Shown here piece by piece: positions 59,331 to 64,000 of a stretch of DNA of 64,000 nucleotides. Position numbers and translations under genes: made by a program. The DNA lies in IMG/VR virus record IMGVR_UViG_2862561106_000004, positions 4,451 through 68,450 of that record; one strand, written 5' to 3'. The notes beneath the pieces were generated by a model, which was not told where the DNA came from, did not search any database, and saw nothing but the letters and a program-made list of their open reading frames with translations. Within the stretch, counting starts at the first letter, position 1. The number at the start of each line of letters is the position of its first letter. Source of the DNA: a virus. Its lineage: Duplodnaviria; Caudoviricetes.

Positions 59331-60449
59331 ATGCCGGGTGAGTCCAGAATCGGAACCCTAATCAACGACCTGCGGAAGGCGCGCGGCTGGTCGCAGAGGC
59401 GTCTTGCCGACGAGATCAACAACGCCTTCGGGACGAACCTCACCTCGCAGTACGTCAATAAGTGGATCAACGGCAAGGTCAAGCCGAGGGGCGCGCACCT
59501 GCGCCACCTGTCGGCGGTTCTGGACGTGCCGCTAGCCGTACTTGAGGGTGAAGTGAGACGCCGCACCTTTCTGACCGACGTGGCAGGGGCAGCCATAGCG
59601 CCCGTGGTGGCCTCCGACCTGCTGTCCGCCGGCTTCACCGCGAGGCTGCAAGGTGGGCCGACCACCGAAGCTTGGGAAGCCAAGCTGGCCACATACGGGA
59701 CCGACTACATGTCCCTGGGCGCGGCGGACATCCAGCGTCGGGTGGCGGGGGAACTGGTGGTTGTGCAGCAGCAGCTCGACTCGCCCCGCCTCTGGTCGGT
59801 CGCAAGCCGGCTGATGACCCTGTACGCCAAGACCTTCCCGGGAGCGGACGGCGCGAAGGCCGCCCACTGGTACAAGCTGGCGGCCCAGTCGGCAGACCAG
59901 TCAGCGGACGACGACGCGCGGGTGTGGGTCCGGGGCCGGGCCGCCATCGCTCTCGGCTACGAGGGCGCCTCCCTGGGGCTGGCGGACGTCCTCGCAGACC
60001 AGGCGATGGCGATCAGCAGCAAGCCCTCCCTGGGCCTGGTCAACGCCGTCATGGGCAAGGCTCACGCTGCCGCCCTGCGCGGCGATCATGACGCAGCCCT
60101 CACGCTGGCTGAGGAGGGGCGGCGGATCTTCGACAAGGCCGGCTCGTACGAGCAGACGTCCGACTACGCGGTTCCGTGGTGGCGCATGAACGTGTTCCTG
60201 TCCCTCCTCTACGCCCGTCTGGGCGATGAGAAGGCGGCCGTGGATGCTCAGGAGCAGGCGCAGCGAGAGCTTCCTGCGACGCTGCCCCGCTTCGCCACCC
60301 ATCTGGAGCTGCACCGCGGGCTGATGCTGGCGCGCAGCGGCGACAAGCCGGCGGGGATGGCGTACGCCAAGGCCGCCATGGACGCGCTGCCGCCGGAGAA
60401 GCACAGCCTCACCCTGCGGATGCTGATGGCTGAGGTCGACGCCTCCTGA
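59331..60449 (+). CDS. XRE HTH regulator with helical (TPR-like) C-terminal domain
   Basis: LRKARGWSQRRLA..KWING HTH; VRRRTFL linker. Confidence 0.85.
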   Translation: MPGESRIGTLINDLRKARGWSQRRLADEINNAFGTNLTSQYVNKWINGKVKPRGAHLRHLSAVLDVPLAVLEGEVRRRTFLTDVAGAAIAPVVASDLLSAGFTARLQGGPTTEAWEAKLATYGTDYMSLGAADIQRRVAGELVVVQQQLDSPRLWSVASRLMTLYAKTFPGADGAKAAHWYKLAAQSADQSADDDARVWVRGRAAIALGYEGASLGLADVLADQAMAISSKPSLGLVNAVMGKAHAAALRGDHDAALTLAEEGRRIFDKAGSYEQTSDYAVPWWRMNVFLSLLYARLGDEKAAVDAQEQAQRELPATLPRFATHLELHRGLMLARSGDKPAGMAYAKAAMDALPPEKHSLTLRMLMAEVDAS

Positions 60450-60498
60450 TAGCGTCGCCACTGTCCCCGGACGGCCCGCAGTACACGGACGGGGACGC

Positions 60499-60540
60499 AG
60501 CAGGGCCCCTCTCCAGCTCCCTTGGAGAGGGGCCCTCTGC
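60499..60540. terminator. Stem-loop between convergent genes
   Basis: GGGCCCCTCTCCA...TGGAGAGGGGCCC. Confidence 0.7.
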
Positions 60541-60546
60541 TGTGCC

Positions 60547-60828
60547 TCAGGCTGGCCGGCGGCGGGCCAGCCGGTAGACGCCGTAGGTGATCCCGAAGAT
60601 GACGTCCACGAACGCCCAGAGGGCGATGATCAGGCCGGCGCCGATGGCCGTGCCCACGTCGTTGCCTTCCTCGCATGACCGGAGCAGGTCGCCGGTCAGG
60701 CCGCGGCAGTCATCGGCGCTCCCACTGCTGGCCGTGTTCACGCCGACGATCAGCCAGATGAGGAAGATCACCTGGACCAGGATGAACACCACCAGGAACA
60801 CCGGTCGCTTCTTCTTTGTCATTACCAA
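60547..60828 (-). CDS. 2-TM membrane protein
   Basis: Two TMs with a Cys-Cys extracellular loop; GGAGAGG RBS. Confidence 0.7.
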   Translation of the reverse strand: MVMTKKKRPVFLVVFILVQVIFLIWLIVGVNTASSGSADDCRGLTGDLLRSCEEGNDVGTAIGAGLIIALWAFVDVIFGITYGVYRLARRRPA

Positions 60829-61235
60829 CCTCTCCTTTCTTTGCAGCCGAGGAGTGCATAGCCCTCCCGTATGGCCACGAACGTAGCTTTGCGTTCCCGC
60901 AGTTGCTCCGCGGTGAGACCGGCGGGAACATCATCCTCGGTCTTGAGGAGCTGCTTGTAGTAGGGGCAGATGACTTGGTCTCCGACTCTCTGCTGCATGT
61001 CCTCCAGACGGTCCGAGTTCTTGAGGACGCCCAGACCCGTCACGGCTATGACGATGGTCAAGACGGCGTTGAGCGCGAAGCTCACGATCAAGCCCGTAAC
61101 CAGCATGCGCTGGCGTCGTTGCCTCTCTTGGATCTCGGAAACCTGGAGGCCGGACGACTTCGCCACGGCCCCCATGGCTGCTATCAGTTGGTCAGCTTTG
61201 GCGCTCAGCTCTGCGCAGTCACGGTCGTCGTTCAT
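60822..61235 (-). CDS. Single-TM membrane protein
   Basis: TM helix, C-terminal Cys pair; coupled to repressor. Confidence 0.65.
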   Translation of the reverse strand: MNDDRDCAELSAKADQLIAAMGAVAKSSGLQVSEIQERQRRQRMLVTGLIVSFALNAVLTIVIAVTGLGVLKNSDRLEDMQQRVGDQVICPYYKQLLKTEDDVPAGLTAEQLRERKATFVAIREGYALLGCKERRGW

Positions 61236-61729
61236 TGGTCGCTGTCTTTCACCTCAAGTAGGGCGAGTAGTTTCTGAGTTGCTTGATCAATTCTGTGCAG
61301 GGCTTCTTGCATCTGCCCGTCCGGGGCGTTCGCGTAGTTGTCGCGCTCGCTCAGCGCCTCCAGCGCTGCCAGCAATGCCTCCCGATCGCGTTTGCGGCTG
61401 ATCTTCTTGGAAACCAAATCTGCAATGGACTCCCGCTCCACGGCGGCGAGTTCGGTGTCATCGGGTGGTGGGAGGGGCGGGACGCGAGCGATCTCCTCCG
61501 AGATCAGTCCTGCCGTCACCGCGAGCCGCAGCGGGTCCACGTCGAGAAATTTCGCCAATTTCTCACACGCCTCCTCTCCAGGGAGGAGCGTGCCGTTTCG
61601 CCACTTGCTCACTGCGGAGTTATCGACCCCTGTGGCTTCTGCGATCTCAACCCCGGTCAAGCCGCGGGTGAGCATGATCAATTTAAGCCACTGCCCGAAG
61701 CGCTTCTTATCTCTGCTCCGTCGAGTCAT
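61232..61729 (-). CDS. Immunity repressor (XRE HTH)
   Basis: RGLTGVEIAEATGVDNSAVSKWRNG..P; next to integrase. Confidence 0.8.
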   Translation of the reverse strand: MTRRSRDKKRFGQWLKLIMLTRGLTGVEIAEATGVDNSAVSKWRNGTLLPGEEACEKLAKFLDVDPLRLAVTAGLISEEIARVPPLPPPDDTELAAVERESIADLVSKKISRKRDREALLAALEALSERDNYANAPDGQMQEALHRIDQATQKLLALLEVKDSDQ

Positions 61730-61790
61730 TCGTAGCCCTCTCCACGAGGGTTTGGGTTCGTCTGTCCAGTACGCACCAGATTGCCGCTTA

Positions 61791-61947
61791 GGTCAACCTT
61801 CATGCGCTTGTCAACCCCCCGCCGATCGGCAAGGAGCCCCCCGGCCTGGGCGGACGGGTCAAAAGAATCTTGAAATTTTTCGCAGGAAGGTATTGCCCAG
61901 TGGTCAATGTGGTGGCATGTTTGACCTAACGGACAGACCGGGTCAAA
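61791..61947. promoter_or_regulatory. Divergent promoter/operator region
   Basis: GGTCAA/TTGACC at 61791, 61857, 61902, 61921, 61941; TTGACA on minus strand; TTGCCC-17-CATGTT on plus strand. Confidence 0.55.
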
Positions 61948-61989
61948 CCGGACAAGTTCCCCAAGGCAACACTTGAGTCGAAGACAGTC

Positions 61990-62130
61990 ACCCGGAGCCA
62001 GGTCCGGGAAGGTGTGGCAGGTAGCTAAGTCATCTGTGGGTAGCGTCGGCGTTCCCGACGTGAGAGGTGGATGAGCGAACCTAACCGATTCGTCCCTTAA
62101 GGCGTTCCGCCTAGCCGCACCGGCTCCGCA
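61990..62130 (+). ncRNA. Candidate structured non-coding RNA
   Basis: Nested helices found by eye (see findings); no substantial ORF. Confidence 0.35.
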
Positions 62131-62179
62131 AACGTCACAGGGCGCGGGTAGTTACAGAACACAACCAAATACATGGGAA

Positions 62180-62208
62180 GCCCCCGGTCGCTGCATGCGT
62201 CCGGGGGC
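62180..62208 (-). terminator. Terminator after integrase
   Basis: GCCCCCGG...CCGGGGGC, U-rich on minus strand. Confidence 0.6.
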
Positions 62209-62217
62209 AAATCCCTG

Positions 62218-63252
62218 CTATCGAATCTTGCGACCTGGCAGCGACACGACGTTGCCGGCCGCCGCAGAGATGAACCTCCGGCCCCGGAGGGACGCATCCC
62301 TTGCCCGCCGCTCTGCATCCAGCCCCAGGTACGTTTCAGTCGTCTTGGAGTTCAGATGCCCCAGGAGTGCGGACACTTGGCGAAGCGCGTGGTCGTACGA
62401 CACGTCGTTCCGCAGCATGTCGAAGTAGATCCGAGCTACTGAGCGCCGAATGACGTGCCACCGCTCGCGCGGTTGGACGCTGATCCCGCACTCGCTGTAG
62501 AGATCGCTTAGATGCCTGCTGGCCCAGGCGTAGTCGCAAGGCCGCGAGGTGTCCGGCACCCACCCCAGCACTCCCCCGTCGTTGGCATGTTGCCAGCCCG
62601 GGAAAAGGTAAGCGCTTCCGGACTGGAGCGTCGCCCCCGTTTCTGCTGTGTACCACCGAAGGTATCGGCGGAGCTCTTCTTCAAGATCAAGCGTGATGGG
62701 CATCGCATCGAATCGACCCGTCTTCTTGACCCACACGTAGAGGTCCCCCGCGTTCAGATTCACGTCCATGACTTGGATCTTGCATATATCCGAGACGCGC
62801 AACGCGGTACCTATGGCCACCGCCACCATTCCCCGCAAGACGGGGTGATCGGCTCGACCGAGCAGTTGGATCAGTTCGGCTTCGTTCAGCCGCGTGGGAT
62901 TCCACTCCGGCTTCGGCCCGCTCGCCTTGAACGGCGGCTGCGGTACCACCGTGACCGTCTTCGTCCATCCCCGCCCCTGGCCGTACGCGAAGAACGAGCG
63001 CAGCGCCGCACGATACGAGACGCCGGTCTTGGCAGCTCGACCCAGCAAGATCCCATCCTCCCCGTACAGGAAGTCGTAGAGATCGCTGGTCTTGATGCCG
63101 GCGAAGTGCCGGTTCGGATACTGCCTCTCCAGGCGTTTGACGATCTGGCCGTACTGCTCCTGCGTACGGAACGGTACCTTCGCCGCCCGCATCGCTTCCT
63201 GGTACGACAGCCGAGCTTCCTGAAGCGTCAAACCCACGACGCCCACCTCCAC
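62218..63252 (-). CDS. int: Tyrosine integrase/recombinase
   Basis: Catalytic R (ALRVSD), K (KKTG), HxxR (HVIRR), H (LLGH), Y (TETY). Confidence 0.92.
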   Translation of the reverse strand: MEVGVVGLTLQEARLSYQEAMRAAKVPFRTQEQYGQIVKRLERQYPNRHFAGIKTSDLYDFLYGEDGILLGRAAKTGVSYRAALRSFFAYGQGRGWTKTVTVVPQPPFKASGPKPEWNPTRLNEAELIQLLGRADHPVLRGMVAVAIGTALRVSDICKIQVMDVNLNAGDLYVWVKKTGRFDAMPITLDLEEELRRYLRWYTAETGATLQSGSAYLFPGWQHANDGGVLGWVPDTSRPCDYAWASRHLSDLYSECGISVQPRERWHVIRRSVARIYFDMLRNDVSYDHALRQVSALLGHLNSKTTETYLGLDAERRARDASLRGRRFISAAAGNVVSLPGRKIR

Positions 63253-63293
63253 CTACGTCAGCAGGCTACGCCCCCCGAAAGGGCATAACCAAG

Positions 63294-63350
63294 CCTTAGT
63301 GGATATGGGTCGCAAAATGGACATATCTCCACTAAGGGCATCAATTGAAG
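63294..63350. other. Probable attR junction with inverted repeat
   Basis: CCTTAGTGGA/TCCACTAAGG inverted repeat; AT-rich to GC-rich switch; host ORF ends abruptly. Confidence 0.55.
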
Positions 63351-64000
63351 TTGATCGACATGGGCCGCTCGGGCAGGTAGCGGGCGTCATGCGTGCCGAA
63401 GAGCTGCCCGTCGACGTGGTAGGTGATGGCGCGGTCGTCGATGGTGACGACGAGGTCGTGCCAGCCGGCATAGCCGGCGCGTACCTCGCTGTGCTGGTTG
63501 ACCGCCTCCCAGGGGTCGGGCCGGTAGGTCTCCCAGGAGGTGGTGTAGAGGATGTTGCCGGGCTCGCCCCAGCCGCCGTTGGGCAGGTACTCGAAGTCGT
63601 ACTCGGCGTAGTCGTCGGCCATCGGGGCCTTGAGGTCGTTGATGGTGAAGAAGGTCTGCACGATCCGGTCGCCGTCCGGGCCGTACGCGGGGGCGTCGGA
63701 GAACCTCACCCGGGCCGCGTAGGTGCCGTTCTTGAACTTGCGGGCGCGGGTGAGGACTTCGGTGTGCTCGGTGGACTCGCCGGTGCCGGCGGTGGAGGTC
63801 TCCAGGTTCATCACGGTGTTGCCGCCGGCGGTGGCGAAGGTGACGTTCTCCGGGGCCCAGCGGGCGCCGGGCACGCCGGGGCCGCCGGAGTCGGAGCGCA
63901 CCGACCAGCCGCGGGCGGCGATCCGCGGGTCGGTGTGGGCGGTGTAGGAGAAGTCGTCGAACAGGGCGGTGCCGGCGCCGGGCGGGGGTGTGGGGTCGGT
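63341..64000 (-). pseudogene. Host GH16-like glycoside hydrolase, 5' end outside window, 3' end apparently truncated by prophage
   Basis: EYDFE (ExDxE) motif, GWHDL..YHVDG; very high GC3; stop immediately after MSINFN. Confidence 0.65.

Noticed and set aside
59331-60828. Arbitrium aimR-aimP pair
   Set aside because: No small co-oriented signal-peptide ORF after the regulator; the downstream gene is convergent
61998-62020. SRP RNA-like CAGGTCCGG.AAGG
   Set aside because: Missing the AGCAG partner and the symmetric loop of SRP domain IV

Overview
Almost the whole window (1 to about 63340) is the right-hand part of an integrated temperate siphovirus prophage in a high-GC actinomycete, very likely Streptomyces. 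Its left end lies outside the window. Layout: (i) a rightward early/replication arm (1-18030) with an SSB-like protein, prim-pol, metallophosphoesterase, stand-alone PAS domain, HNH, WhiB, four paralogous 'WND..RTAEDV' proteins, an AAA helicase and a candidate origin; (ii) a leftward cluster of small genes (18111-22626) with an FtsK-like ATPase and repeated structured motifs; (iii) a roughly 2.1 kb non-coding region with a tRNA-like element, a G-poor purine/pyrimidine tract and a probable cos region; (iv) fibre/spike genes placed before terminase, then portal, protease-capsid fusion, tail and tape measure; (v) an unusual lysis region with an RpfA-like secreted muralytic enzyme (1-nt frameshift), a DivIVA homolog, a CHAP lysin and a holin; (vi) an XRE regulator moron, immunity repressor, a structured non-coding segment and a tyrosine integrase. 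The prophage appears to have truncated a host GH16-like gene at about 63341. All calls come from reading motifs by eye; no database searches or folding programs were run.
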